DNA of 64,000 bases from a virus (Duplodnaviria; Caudoviricetes), in IMG/VR virus record IMGVR_UViG_2602041781_000001, positions 1,767 through 65,766 of that record. The stretch is one strand, 5' to 3'. A program made the translations under genes and the position numbers. Numbering within the stretch: the stretch's first letter is position 1; every line of letters begins with the position of its first letter. Shown here piece by piece: positions 1-9,614 of the stretch. A model generated the notes under the pieces. The model ran no database searches. It was not told the DNA's origin and was given only the letters and a program-made list of their open reading frames with translations.

Positions 1-8
1 CGGATCAA

Positions 9-371
9 GTGAGCATGATGGAGCGGCTCGTTGCGGCCGTCGGCGCCTGGCTGGTGCTGGCGGCCGCGGTGAATGGAGCCGAGCATGACTGGCTCTCGTC
101 GGCGGTATGCCTGTTCTGGGCCACTGCGTGCCTGGTCAGCGTCTTCGGGATGGCGTCAGACCGGAGGGCTCGACGAGCCGAACGAGAGAATCGAGCGCTG
201 CTGGCAGCGGTCGAGAGACAGCAATCAATCGAGGCCCGGTCCGAGGAATGGGTCCGCAACGAAGAGGGGATCTATGTCAGACTCAGGGATGACGCCGGAG
301 CAGGTCAAGGAAGCAGCGACGGACACCATCCGCAACGCGATGAATGCGGAGACCAAGACCAGGTTCGGTGA
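9..371 (+). CDS. putative membrane protein
   Basis: Two hydrophobic N-terminal segments then a charged helical stretch; overlaps the next ORF. Confidence 0.55.
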   Translation: MSMMERLVAAVGAWLVLAAAVNGAEHDWLSSAVCLFWATACLVSVFGMASDRRARRAERENRALLAAVERQQSIEARSEEWVRNEEGIYVRLRDDAGAGQGSSDGHHPQRDECGDQDQVR

Positions 372-564
372 GGACTTCTCCGTGCGCCACGGCATCGTCA
401 TCGCTCTCGTGGAGAGGCCTCGCGGGGACCTGGAGAAGCCGAATGCCGAGCGGGTGTCGCTGATGGTCAAGAACCTCGACGCCGTCCACCCGAGCATCGC
501 AGTGAACATGCTGAAGGAGGCCACGGCGATCTTCCAGGCCGAGGCCGCAAAGAGAGGGAATTGA
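274..564 (+). CDS. hypothetical protein
   Basis: ATG 274 after GAGGGG; stop overlaps start of the 561 ORF. Confidence 0.65.
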   Translation: MSDSGMTPEQVKEAATDTIRNAMNAETKTRFGEDFSVRHGIVIALVERPRGDLEKPNAERVSLMVKNLDAVHPSIAVNMLKEATAIFQAEAAKRGN

Positions 565-1331
565 TGGCGAAGAAGATCGTGCTCCGATCGCTACGGGGCA
601 CCGGCGAGCCGTTCCAGGGGTCAATCGACGTCCTCGGAGCGCAGCCCGGAATCCACAACCTGCCGAACATGATGGACGACATTACCCGGGCCTGTGCCGC
701 GGTCGACGTCGCGCACTACCCAGTGCCGTACTACGCCTCGATCGCCCCGGCCGGTGGAACGAAGATGTTCCACGAGAGCTACGCCGACGGATACAGGCGG
801 GCACAGCTCGCCGACGCGCAAGGCCTCCCTACGATCTGGGTGGGGTACAGCCTCGGCGCAGGCATCCTCGGGGACCTGCTGGCGGCCGGGGACCTGCCGA
901 ACTGCATCGGGGCGATCCTGCTCTCCGACTACGAGCGGCACTCGAAGCAGATCGACCCGGCGTGCAAGGTCAACCCAGCGCATTACGGCTGCGTGGACCG
1001 GCGCTTCATCACCACCTCGGCGCAGGTGGTGCAGCTCTCGGCGCCGGATGACCCGATCTCTGCGCTCCCGGCGACCAACGGGTTCCGACTGCTCGCGCAG
1101 GCGGTCACCGGCATTCGTCAGCCGTGGAACGTGGGTTTCCTCGACCTCAACGCCACGCTCGACGCCATTCGGCGCTACCTCGGCACTCCGCCGATCGGGA
1201 ACGTCCCCGCGCGAGCGAGCGCCCACGTCGGTTACAACCGGGTGCGGATGCCCGGGTCGACGAAGACCTACACCCAGTACGGCGCCGAGCACGCCGTGCG
1301 AATGATCGAGGAGTACCGCGCCGCTGCGTGA
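561..1331 (+). CDS. cutinase-like serine esterase (lysin B-like)
   Basis: GTGE oxyanion-like motif, GYSLG nucleophile elbow (GxSxG), DPI acid, late His (AHVGY). Confidence 0.75.
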   Translation: MMAKKIVLRSLRGTGEPFQGSIDVLGAQPGIHNLPNMMDDITRACAAVDVAHYPVPYYASIAPAGGTKMFHESYADGYRRAQLADAQGLPTIWVGYSLGAGILGDLLAAGDLPNCIGAILLSDYERHSKQIDPACKVNPAHYGCVDRRFITTSAQVVQLSAPDDPISALPATNGFRLLAQAVTGIRQPWNVGFLDLNATLDAIRRYLGTPPIGNVPARASAHVGYNRVRMPGSTKTYTQYGAEHAVRMIEEYRAAA

Positions 1332-1380
1332 TACGCTGACGCCGTCTCAACTCGTGCAGGGATCGGGACAGCCACAGCAG

Positions 1381-1413
1381 CGAAACCCCCGGCTCACAAG
1401 GCTGGGGGTTTCG
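1381..1413 (+). terminator. hairpin terminator
   Basis: CGAAACCCCC.GC / GC.GGGGGTTTCG inverted repeat followed by TCTTGT. Confidence 0.65.
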
Positions 1414-1426
1414 TCTTGTCCCGGGG

Positions 1427-1432
1427 TACGAT
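1427..1432 (+). promoter_or_regulatory. -10 element of a probable leaderless transcript
   Basis: TACGAT 6 nt before ATG 1439; no SD sequence. Confidence 0.5.
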
Positions 1433-1438
1433 CGCGCC

Positions 1439-1687
1439 ATGTCGTCCTCGTCGAGTCGTGCCAAGGGAAAGGCCTCCGACGGCGCGCAACTGAAGGCCTA
1501 CTGGCTCACCGGCAAGGGAGCAGCGAAGATCCGCTGGCGCACCGACGGGGACATGAGTAGGTGCATCCGACTGCTTCGACCGATCGCTGCCAGGGAGGGA
1601 TTCTCGGCCGAGGGGTTCTGCGCTCGACTGCACAAGGCCGCGAACGGCTTCTACCCCGGTGATAAGCGCAACCTGAAGAAGGGCTGA
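1439..1687 (+). CDS. small basic conserved-type phage protein
   Basis: 82 aa with YWxxGKGAAKIRW...GD..RC...C..LH pattern; coupled to the next gene (TGATG). Confidence 0.7.
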   Translation: MSSSSSRAKGKASDGAQLKAYWLTGKGAAKIRWRTDGDMSRCIRLLRPIAAREGFSAEGFCARLHKAANGFYPGDKRNLKKG

Positions 1688-2661
1688 TGGCGACCAATTT
1701 CGGGACGCTCTTTCCGACGAAGTCACACGCCGAGTGGGAGAAGCTCAACCCCCTGCTCCTCGACGGCCAGGGAGCCTACGAGCGCGACACCAAGGCGCTG
1801 AAGATCGGCGACGGGTCGACGCTCTACAACGATCTCCCCTACTTCGTCGGCGCCGTCCAGGTCATCTCCGCAGAGCAGATCGAGGAGCTGACCGCTGAGT
1901 TCGTTCCGACCTCGGATCTGGCGAACAAGGCCTATGGCACCAACAGCGCAGGCGAAGACATCGTCTGGGCCATCTCCTCATCGGCGACCGGCGCAACCCT
2001 CGTGCTCCGCGGCTCCGGCGGCACCGTGCAGGTCGGCGAGGCCACCGCCGCCAACCACGCCGTGCCGAGGTCGCAGCTCGACCAGACCATGCTGAAGGCC
2101 TTGCTCGGCGGCGACAAGATTGTCCCGCTCGTCGGGGGTCTATGGTATCCGATCCCTGGCACCGGGACGACGACCACCCGCGCGACCGCGAACAACGGCG
2201 AGTCTCGGTTTGGCCGGATTGTCGCCGGACGCGACGCGGTCCTCGACGCCATGGCTCTGGAGGTCACCACCGCGGGCACGGTCGGGGCTCTCCTGCGCTT
2301 CGGGATCTACGACTACGACCCGCTGACCAACGCCATCGGACCGCTCCTCGTTGACGCGGGGACGGTCGAAGCTGAGTCGGTCGGAGTGAAGACGATCTCG
2401 ATCCCCGGAGGCCTGTCGGTTGACGCCGGGGACCACCTGCTCGTCGGCGCCGCGGTCCAAGGGAACCCGGCCACGCGGCCGGTCCTGCGCGCCATGGTCA
2501 GCAACGACGCCTTCCTCACCTCGAACGGGGCCTCCCAGGTGTCGGGTACCGGCATCTCGAACCTCACCAGCACGATGACCGGTGCGCTCCCGGCGACCCC
2601 GGGCTTCGGTTTCGGCGGGTCCGGCGCGCTGTTCCGCGTCATGGTCAGAGCCGCGGCCTGA
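1687..2661 (+). CDS. virion fibre/decoration protein with Mtd_N/hyaluronidase-N-like N-terminus
   Basis: W..LNPLLLDGQ.AYERDT..LKIGDGST.YNDLPY motif; G/A/T-rich beta-type C-terminus. Confidence 0.7.
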   Translation: MATNFGTLFPTKSHAEWEKLNPLLLDGQGAYERDTKALKIGDGSTLYNDLPYFVGAVQVISAEQIEELTAEFVPTSDLANKAYGTNSAGEDIVWAISSSATGATLVLRGSGGTVQVGEATAANHAVPRSQLDQTMLKALLGGDKIVPLVGGLWYPIPGTGTTTTRATANNGESRFGRIVAGRDAVLDAMALEVTTAGTVGALLRFGIYDYDPLTNAIGPLLVDAGTVEAESVGVKTISIPGGLSVDAGDHLLVGAAVQGNPATRPVLRAMVSNDAFLTSNGASQVSGTGISNLTSTMTGALPATPGFGFGGSGALFRVMVRAAA

Positions 2662-2669
2662 CCGGCGGC

Positions 2670-2675
2670 TACAAT
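2670..2675 (+). promoter_or_regulatory. -10 element of a probable leaderless transcript
   Basis: TACAAT 6 nt before ATG 2682; only 20 bp intergenic, no SD. Confidence 0.55.
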
Positions 2676-2681
2676 CCTGAC

Positions 2682-2864
2682 ATGGCAACTCGACGTCGAC
2701 GCGGCGGATCGCTCAACACCCGGAAGAAGGGCAAGGCGAAGAACGGCGCGAAATGGGGGCACGGCTTCGTGCCGAAGAACGCCGCCGCTCGGAAGCTGAA
2801 GAAGAAGCTCGACCGAAACGGCAAGCGCCGCAAGCGGACTTCGCAGGGGTACCCGAAGCGATGA
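2682..2864 (+). CDS. very basic 60-aa protein
   Basis: K/R-rich, one acidic residue; ATGA-coupled to the next ORF. Confidence 0.7.
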   Translation: MATRRRRGGSLNTRKKGKAKNGAKWGHGFVPKNAAARKLKKKLDRNGKRRKRTSQGYPKR

Positions 2865-3328
2865 CGGCGCGGTCCTCGCGGGCCGACGGTCTCCTTCAGT
2901 GGTTCACTGTTCACTCCCCGCGCAAGGAGTTCGATGGCGGATTCGTCATGCCGCAGCACTGGTTTCGGGTCAATATCTACGAGACCAACGCGCACCTGAA
3001 GGCCTACCGAGCCCGAAACGTCCGGCACGTCGAGGTCGAGAAGGATCTCGGCGCCGGGGTGATCTGGAAGCACGACGAACTGCCCGCCAACGGATTCCTC
3101 GGCACACTGATCGTCTCGGCCGATTGGCTCAATGCCCGAGTCATCATCCACGAGAGCGTCCACCTCGCAGTGCGCGCGCTGAAGGGGCACACCGGGACGC
3201 AGCGGCCGATGCTGAGCAACGGTGTCGTTGGCGTGGCGAATGAGGAGTTGGTCGCCTACCTCACCGACGGGATCGCGGCGTCGCTGATCAAGGAGCTGGA
3301 GCCGTTCTTCTGTGGAGGCCCGGAATGA
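2861..3328 (+). CDS. hypothetical protein with HExxH motif (possible metallopeptidase)
   Basis: IIHESVH plus downstream NEELVAY; ATGA overlaps on both sides. Confidence 0.65.
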   Translation: MTARSSRADGLLQWFTVHSPRKEFDGGFVMPQHWFRVNIYETNAHLKAYRARNVRHVEVEKDLGAGVIWKHDELPANGFLGTLIVSADWLNARVIIHESVHLAVRALKGHTGTQRPMLSNGVVGVANEELVAYLTDGIAASLIKELEPFFCGGPE

Positions 3329-3756
3329 CCGGCCGGGCACCGAAGCTCTGTTCCTGGCGGGACTCGGAGAACCCCTCGATCAAATGCTCGCGCCGGGCTG
3401 AACAGGCACCTAACGGCGACGACTTCCGCTGTAAAGAGCACTGGCGCAAGTCCTTTGGAGCGAAGGTGCCGAGGCGAGTCCGGCCGCTCACCGAGGACGA
3501 GAAGAACTACATCCGCGAGCGCGACTTCCACGTGTGCCGCAAGTGCGGCGCCTCGGCGCACCAGGTCGACCACATCGTCGAGGTCGCCGACGGCGGGGGT
3601 AACGAGCCGAGCAACCTGCAACTCCTCTGCGACGAGCACCACGCCGAGAAGACGCGGCTGAGCCAGGAGGCATGGAAGCCCGACGTCCGGCGTGGCACGT
3701 CGGCGCGAGCGCAGGCGAAACGACGAGTTCGGGCTGCCGGGCTCTACCAGCAGTGA
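3325..3756 (+). CDS. HNH endonuclease (packaging-associated)
   Basis: RD...CRKC...VDHIV...GG.N...NLQLLC..HH..KT; directly upstream of TerL. Confidence 0.9.
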   Translation: MTGRAPKLCSWRDSENPSIKCSRRAEQAPNGDDFRCKEHWRKSFGAKVPRRVRPLTEDEKNYIRERDFHVCRKCGASAHQVDHIVEVADGGGNEPSNLQLLCDEHHAEKTRLSQEAWKPDVRRGTSARAQAKRRVRAAGLYQQ

Positions 3757-3774
3757 CCAGGGGAGGAGGAACGG

Positions 3775-5451
3775 ATGCTCATCGAGTACCCGGCGGCGCA
3801 GGACGACGAGGTCGAGTTCCCGACCCTCGGACCCCAGGTCGCGCAGTTCATCGAGAGCCGGTTCAAGTTCGGTCCGGGATCGCTCCAGGGACAGCCTGCG
3901 CGACTGAGCGACGACCAGCTCACCGTGCTCTACCGGGCCTACGAGTATTACCCCCAGGGGTACAAGCTCTACGGCATCGACATGTCCGGCCGCCGCCGCT
4001 TCCAGCGGGTGAGCTGGTCGGTGCGCAAGGGTTCGGCGAAGACCGAGTTCATGGCCTGGGTCACTGGCTGCGAGCTGCACCCCGACGCGCCGGTCCGGTT
4101 CACCGCGTACGACGAGAAGGCCGAGGGAGGGCTCGCGCCGGGACGCGCGGTCAACAACCCCTACATCCCGTTGCTGGCCTACACCAAGGACCAGACCGAG
4201 GAGCTGGCGTTCGGCGCTCTCCGCTCGATCCTGGAGACGAGCGAGGACTCCGACAAGATCTTCGACATCGGCAAGCAGCGCATCCTTCGGCTCAACGAGT
4301 TCGGTGCCGAGGACGGAAAGTGCCACGCGCTCGCCGGTAACCCCAACTCGGCTGACGGCGCGCGAACGACCTTCCAGGGGCTCGACGAGACGCACCGTCT
4401 CTACACCGAGACCCACCGCGACGCCATCGAGACCATGCTCAACAACCTGCCGAAGCGGCCGATGGAGGACGCCTGGCAGCTCGCGATCACCACCGCGGGC
4501 GAGCCCGGCCAGGGGTCCTACGCCGAGGACGAGTTCCGCGAGGGGGTGGCGTGCTCCTTGGGCAAGAAGAAGTCCGAGGGGTTCTACTTCCTGCACCGGC
4601 AGGCGCCGGACAACTCGAAGTTCGACACCATGGAGCAGCGAATGGCCGCGATCTGGGAGGCCACCAGCCCCTCGGTGCGCGAGTGGTCGCGTCTGGACGC
4701 CATCGCCGCCAACTGGGACCGCGAAGGAGCCGACAAGCAATACCTGGAGCGGGTGTGGACCAACCGCTGGACCCAGACCGCGGCGCAGGCCTTCGATCGC
4801 GACGAGTTCGAGGCGCTCGGTGATCCTCGGTTCGTGATCCCGGACGGCGCGTTCGTCACTGTGGGATTCGACGGAGCGAAGTTCCAGGACTCGGTCGGAT
4901 TCGTGGTCACCGAGATCAGCACCGGCAAGCAGAACGTCGTGGGGTTCTGGGAGCGGCCGGAGGACTCGGTGCTCGGCCAGAACGAGGACGGATCGAAGAA
5001 GAAGTGGCAGGCCCCGGAAGCCGAGATCAATGCCACTTTCCACTCTATCATGAAGCGCTTCAACGTGTGGCGCGTCTACGCCGACCCGCCGCACTGGGTC
5101 GAGTCGGTCGGCTCGTGGCACGCGGCGTACCCCGACCAGGTCTACGAGTTCTGGACCAAGGACCCGACGCGAATGTACTACGCGGTCAAGGGGTATCGAA
5201 GCGCGATCTCCAGCGGCCGGGTCTGCCACGACGGCGATCCGGACTTCGTCCGGCACATCGGCAACGCGGGCAAGCGCACGACACGCGGTGTCGACGAGGA
5301 CGGCCAGCCCCGGTTCATCCTGACCAAGATCGCCTACGAGCGGAAGTTCGACCTCGCGGTGGCGGGCATCCTATCGTGGGAGGCTCGGATGGACGCGATC
5401 AACGAAGGGGCCGAGCCGGAGAACGAAGGTGAGTTCATTCGGGCTCGGTAG
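3775..5451 (+). CDS. terL: terminase large subunit
   Basis: RKGSAKT Walker A, LDETH Walker B, ITTAG coupling motif, GFDGA nuclease Asp, KFDLAVA. Confidence 0.95.
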   Translation: MLIEYPAAQDDEVEFPTLGPQVAQFIESRFKFGPGSLQGQPARLSDDQLTVLYRAYEYYPQGYKLYGIDMSGRRRFQRVSWSVRKGSAKTEFMAWVTGCELHPDAPVRFTAYDEKAEGGLAPGRAVNNPYIPLLAYTKDQTEELAFGALRSILETSEDSDKIFDIGKQRILRLNEFGAEDGKCHALAGNPNSADGARTTFQGLDETHRLYTETHRDAIETMLNNLPKRPMEDAWQLAITTAGEPGQGSYAEDEFREGVACSLGKKKSEGFYFLHRQAPDNSKFDTMEQRMAAIWEATSPSVREWSRLDAIAANWDREGADKQYLERVWTNRWTQTAAQAFDRDEFEALGDPRFVIPDGAFVTVGFDGAKFQDSVGFVVTEISTGKQNVVGFWERPEDSVLGQNEDGSKKKWQAPEAEINATFHSIMKRFNVWRVYADPPHWVESVGSWHAAYPDQVYEFWTKDPTRMYYAVKGYRSAISSGRVCHDGDPDFVRHIGNAGKRTTRGVDEDGQPRFILTKIAYERKFDLAVAGILSWEARMDAINEGAEPENEGEFIRAR

Positions 5452-5493
5452 CTGGGCTGATACAGTGAGCGCAATCGATGAGGGGATACTCGG

Positions 5494-7071
5494 GTGAAGG
5501 TCGTCAAGTACAACGAGCGGGTCAAGGCCGCTCGTCCCGAGGGGCATGACGACCCCACGAACGACTGGTTCCTCATCTACCTGCTGAAGGAGCTGTACGC
5601 AGGGTTCCCGCGGCACAAGCGCCTCACCCAGTACGTCGATGGCGATCCGCCGAAGCCGGAAACCCCTGAGAGCACCAAGGACTCGTGGAAAGAGTTCGAG
5701 GCCTTCCGGAAGAAGTCGCGCAACAACCTCGCCGAGCAGATCATCGGCGCCTGCACCGACCGGACGACCGTGCAGGGGTTCCGCACCGCCGCGGAGTATG
5801 ACACCGACGGCGACGAGAAGGCCCGGGAACTCTGGGACGACAACGACCTGGACGTCAAGGGCGACAAGGCCATTGGCGACAGTTACACCTACGGCCGAGG
5901 ATTCCTGTTGGCCGACCCGATCACGAAGAAGGCCCGGCACTATCTGCCGTGGCAGGCGACCGTCATCAACGACGTCGCCGAGAACCCTCGTGCCGGTCTC
6001 TGCATCGAGCACCGGCCGACCGAGGGCCGCGACTACGCCTTCCTCTACCTGCGCGACGTCGATGCCAACGGACTCGGCGAGGGCAAGGTCAGCATCCACA
6101 TCGCCGTGCGCGACCGCGACAGTCGCACAAGCCTGACCGGCGGGCATTTCAGCACCGAGGTCCCGGTCTCGTCCTACCTGCCGCAGCGGTGGGTGTGGTG
6201 GAAGACCGTCCCGACCGACCTGGAGCGCATCCCCCTCGTCGACTTCCCGAACAAGGACGAACTCGGCGAGTTCGAGAAGCACACCGACGTCCTCGACCGG
6301 ATCAACCACATGATCCTCCAGCGTGTCGTCATCGCGACTATGCAGGCCTTCAAGCAGCGCGCGATCAAGGGCAAGTTCCCGAAGTTCGACAGCTCCGGTG
6401 CGCTCATCGACTACGACAAGATGTTCCCGGCCGACCCCAACGCGCTCTGGCTCCTGCCGGAGAACGCTGAGATCTGGGAGTCCGGCCAGACGTCGATCCA
6501 GGACATCCTCTCGGCGGTCAAGGATGACGTCCGCGACCTCGCGTCGGTGACCCGCACGCCGATGAACTACTTCCAGTCCGACTCGGCGAACCAGTCGGCG
6601 GCCGGTAGCGAGCTGCAAAACGACTCCTACCTGCTGAAGATCCGAGACCGCAAGACTCGGATGTCGGCGCGCTGGCGCCGGTTCATGTCGCTGATGTTCG
6701 AGATCAATGGCGACACCGAGCGTGCGAACATGAAGAAGCTCGCGGTCATCTGGATGCCGAGCGACAACGTCTCGATCACCGACCGGTACAGCGCGGCCAC
6801 CCAGGCGAAGTCGCTGGGCCTCTCGCTACGCACCGTCATGCGCGAGGTGCTCAACTACGACCCCGAGACCATCCAGGTCGCGGAGCTGGAGATGATCTCC
6901 GAGACGCTGAAGGCGGCGATCCGAGCGCCACAGGCGGGTGAGACGACCGGGGCGAACCCCGCTCAGCAGACGCCGCTCCAGCAGCGCGCCGCGTCGGCGA
7001 CAGCGCTCGCCACCAGCAACGGCGCGACGAGTCGGTCCACCGGCGCCACGGCCGGTAGGAGCGGCCGGTGA
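5494..7071 (+). CDS. portal protein
   Basis: 525 aa after TerL; SPP1-type actinophage portal motifs (GEFE.H.DVLDRIN, KDDVRDLA.VT.TP, NQSA.G). Confidence 0.9.
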   Translation: MKVVKYNERVKAARPEGHDDPTNDWFLIYLLKELYAGFPRHKRLTQYVDGDPPKPETPESTKDSWKEFEAFRKKSRNNLAEQIIGACTDRTTVQGFRTAAEYDTDGDEKARELWDDNDLDVKGDKAIGDSYTYGRGFLLADPITKKARHYLPWQATVINDVAENPRAGLCIEHRPTEGRDYAFLYLRDVDANGLGEGKVSIHIAVRDRDSRTSLTGGHFSTEVPVSSYLPQRWVWWKTVPTDLERIPLVDFPNKDELGEFEKHTDVLDRINHMILQRVVIATMQAFKQRAIKGKFPKFDSSGALIDYDKMFPADPNALWLLPENAEIWESGQTSIQDILSAVKDDVRDLASVTRTPMNYFQSDSANQSAAGSELQNDSYLLKIRDRKTRMSARWRRFMSLMFEINGDTERANMKKLAVIWMPSDNVSITDRYSAATQAKSLGLSLRTVMREVLNYDPETIQVAELEMISETLKAAIRAPQAGETTGANPAQQTPLQQRAASATALATSNGATSRSTGATAGRSGR

Positions 7072-8453
7072 CCACCCCCGGAGCGCTCCCTGCGCGCCCG
7101 GCGTTGATGGACGTGCCCCCGGTCCCTCCGGACCAGATGACCGCCGAGGAGACCGAGGCCTGGATCGTCGCGCAGGTCGCCGCGATCACGCTGGCCGCGG
7201 CGGCGATGCGCACGAACGTCACGAACAACACCGTCATCCAGCTCGTCTCGATGCTGCGAATGATCAACCCCTACAACGAAACTGCCGTCACCCGGTTTGC
7301 CGAGGAGGCCGCGCAGCTCGTCACCGTGGGCATCGGGGAGGTCGGACGAATCGCCTGGTCGGCGGTCGCGTCCCGGCTCGCCGTGCAGGGGCACTCGCTC
7401 CGCGAGGAGTACCAGCCGCCGCTCGACGGCCGGACGACCGACCTCGCGGTGGCCTACAAGCGGGTCGCCGCCGACTACCGGTATCGCGTGTCCCTCGGGA
7501 CTGAGTCGATCGCCGGGACCATCCAGCAGGCCGAGGAGGAGCGCTTCCAGGCGATCGGCGGCGCGGTTGTGGCCGAGGGCAGACGAGGGGAGTCGAATGC
7601 CAAAGTCGAAGGCACGCAAAGGTCACCGGCAAAAGGTGGCAGCTCGAAGTCAACGAGCGGAGGCGGAAGCGGAGCGGACCGGTCTGGATCCGCGAAAGGC
7701 TCCGATGGTTCTTCGGCTGGCGGCTCAGCGTCATCGAGCAGCTCGACGTCGGGCTCGTCAGGAGGAGCCGACACCCCTCGGCGTCCCACTAAGACTGATC
7801 GACCCGGCAACGTCGAGCCCGACGACTGGGAGCCCGACACCGAAGCTGCTCCCGGACAGCCCGCAGGAGATGTGGACGACGAAGAGGCGGCCCGTCTCGA
7901 AGCCGAGCTTCGTCGTGAAGCAGCCCTGAGCGACCAGGAGAAGCAGACGCTCCTGGAGCAAGTTGCGCAGCAGGAGATGGAGATTCGCCTGGAGCGCATG
8001 GTCAACGATGACATGGGGATGGCGAACCGGTCAGCGTTCCGCGGCGCGATCAACGCCGTGCCGGGAGATGTCATCATCGGCTACCGGCGGGTGCTGCACC
8101 CCGAGCTGTCGGAGTCTGGGCAGTCGTGCGGCCTGTGCGTCGCCGCGTCGACCAGGCTCTACAAGAAGAAGGATCTGCTCCCGATTCACAACCTGTGCAA
8201 CTGTGAGCCGGTCGAGGTGATCAAGGGTCGCGACGTCGGTCAGCAGATCAACGACGAGGATCTGGATACACTCTACGGAGCCGCCGAGGACTCGACGGAC
8301 CGTCAAGACCTGTCGAACACGAAATGGACCGTGTTCGATCATCCGGAGCTTGGGCCGGTTCTCCGGTCCGTGCCTCGGAGCAAGAAGAAGAAGCCCGTCG
8401 ACATCGCGTTCAGTTCGCGGGAGTCCGCTAGTGACCGGGGAGGTCAATCATGA
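7068..8453 (+). CDS. MuF-like minor capsid / head maturation protein
   Basis: After portal; GYRRVLHPELS..CGLC...PIHNLCNC motif; Ser/Gly-rich insertion. Confidence 0.75.
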   Translation: MTTPGALPARPALMDVPPVPPDQMTAEETEAWIVAQVAAITLAAAAMRTNVTNNTVIQLVSMLRMINPYNETAVTRFAEEAAQLVTVGIGEVGRIAWSAVASRLAVQGHSLREEYQPPLDGRTTDLAVAYKRVAADYRYRVSLGTESIAGTIQQAEEERFQAIGGAVVAEGRRGESNAKVEGTQRSPAKGGSSKSTSGGGSGADRSGSAKGSDGSSAGGSASSSSSTSGSSGGADTPRRPTKTDRPGNVEPDDWEPDTEAAPGQPAGDVDDEEAARLEAELRREAALSDQEKQTLLEQVAQQEMEIRLERMVNDDMGMANRSAFRGAINAVPGDVIIGYRRVLHPELSESGQSCGLCVAASTRLYKKKDLLPIHNLCNCEPVEVIKGRDVGQQINDEDLDTLYGAAEDSTDRQDLSNTKWTVFDHPELGPVLRSVPRSKKKKPVDIAFSSRESASDRGGQS

Positions 8454-9136
8454 AGCACACCAACAAGTCCCGCATCATCGCCGCGGCCATGCCGCTCGAC
8501 GGCATGGTGCCGTTCTCCGGCCGTCCGGCCCGCGCCGGTCGCGCGATCCCGCGTCGCGACCCCGACCCGAACGAGCACGGCGGGAAGGGTGGCAAGGGCG
8601 GGAAGCCCGGCGAGAACGACGACGATGACGACGACGACGACGACGACCCGAAGCCGATCGTCGTCAAGGACACCGAGGAGTACAAGACTCGGGACGCCGA
8701 GGCGAAGGCCGAGAAGCGACGCGCCGACGCCGCCGAGGCCGAGCTGAAGAAGCTCCGGGAGGCCGGGCTCTCCGACGACGAGAAGACCCGCGAGCGCGAG
8801 CGCGACGAAGCCGTGCGGACCGCGGTCACCGACAAGGAGACCGAGCTGACCGATCACTACGAGGGTGTGATCGGCGGCCTCCAGCAGCAGATCATCGACT
8901 CCGAGATCGACGGCATCCTCGGTGCCGGTGGCTTCGAGCGCAAGAAGTTCGAGGACGTCATCGCGAGTTTGGACACCAGCCGATTCATCAAGGACGATGG
9001 GTCCGTCGATCGAGAGAAGGTCAAGAAGGTGTTCACCCCGGTCATCGAGGCGTCCACATCTCGGCCTCCGCGGACTTCGACCACGCGAGTCGCGCGGAAC
9101 ACCGGCTTCGGCCGATACCTGGAAGATCAGGACTGA
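8450..9136 (+). CDS. scaffolding protein
   Basis: Acidic, coiled-coil-like, located before capsid genes. Confidence 0.8.
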   Translation: MKHTNKSRIIAAAMPLDGMVPFSGRPARAGRAIPRRDPDPNEHGGKGGKGGKPGENDDDDDDDDDDPKPIVVKDTEEYKTRDAEAKAEKRRADAAEAELKKLREAGLSDDEKTRERERDEAVRTAVTDKETELTDHYEGVIGGLQQQIIDSEIDGILGAGGFERKKFEDVIASLDTSRFIKDDGSVDREKVKKVFTPVIEASTSRPPRTSTTRVARNTGFGRYLEDQD

Positions 9137-9151
9137 GAGAAGGAGAGCCCC

Positions 9152-9571
9152 ATGCCCGGTCTTGTCCCCCAGCGGACGACCAACACCAACATCCGGGACC
9201 ACACCTGGCTGGCGTCCGCCGACGGACTGGAGTACGCGCAGAGCGCCACCCTCCATGCCGCGAGCCTGAAGGCCGCCGGTGGGCACCGCGAGCAGAACTG
9301 GGTCAAGGGTGGCACGCCGCTCGGCCAGATCACCGCCGTGGGTGCGACGAAGGGTCAGTACGGCCTCTACGACCCGGCAGCGTCCGACGGTCGACAGAAG
9401 CACGTCGCCTTCCTCGTCGACTCGAAGCAGCTCATCGACCCGGTCACCGGGCAGGACAACGTCCCGCTCTCCGGCGCGATCATCAAGCGGGGCCAGATCC
9501 TCGTCAACCAGCTTCCGGTCGACTTCGACGTGACCGACGCCGACGTCAGCCCCCATTTCATCTACCGGTAA
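9152..9571 (+). CDS. head decoration protein
   Basis: 139 aa between scaffold and MCP; GTPLG.IT...YGLYD..ASDGRQ motif; AAGGAG RBS. Confidence 0.8.
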   Translation: MPGLVPQRTTNTNIRDHTWLASADGLEYAQSATLHAASLKAAGGHREQNWVKGGTPLGQITAVGATKGQYGLYDPAASDGRQKHVAFLVDSKQLIDPVTGQDNVPLSGAIIKRGQILVNQLPVDFDVTDADVSPHFIYR

Positions 9572-9614
9572 TCGGCCCCCACACCGATACCCCTTCACCA
9601 GATAGGAGTGGGCG

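Noticed and set aside
1687-2661. Diversity-generating retroelement suggested by the Mtd_N-like domain
   Set aside because: No reverse transcriptase and no template/variable repeat pair seen in the window.
3256-5256. Long antisense ORFs (also 15686-17653, 17768-20059, 37203-39710, 45224-46996)
   Set aside because: Shadow frames of GC-rich genes with strong codon bias; no RBS or recognisable motifs.
8313-8338. TCGAACAC...GTGTTCGA inverted repeat as an SOS box
   Set aside because: Spacer far longer than 4 bp and intragenic; probably chance.
8615-8650. GAC trinucleotide run in the scaffold gene
   Set aside because: Simply encodes a poly-Asp linker, ordinary for scaffolding proteins.
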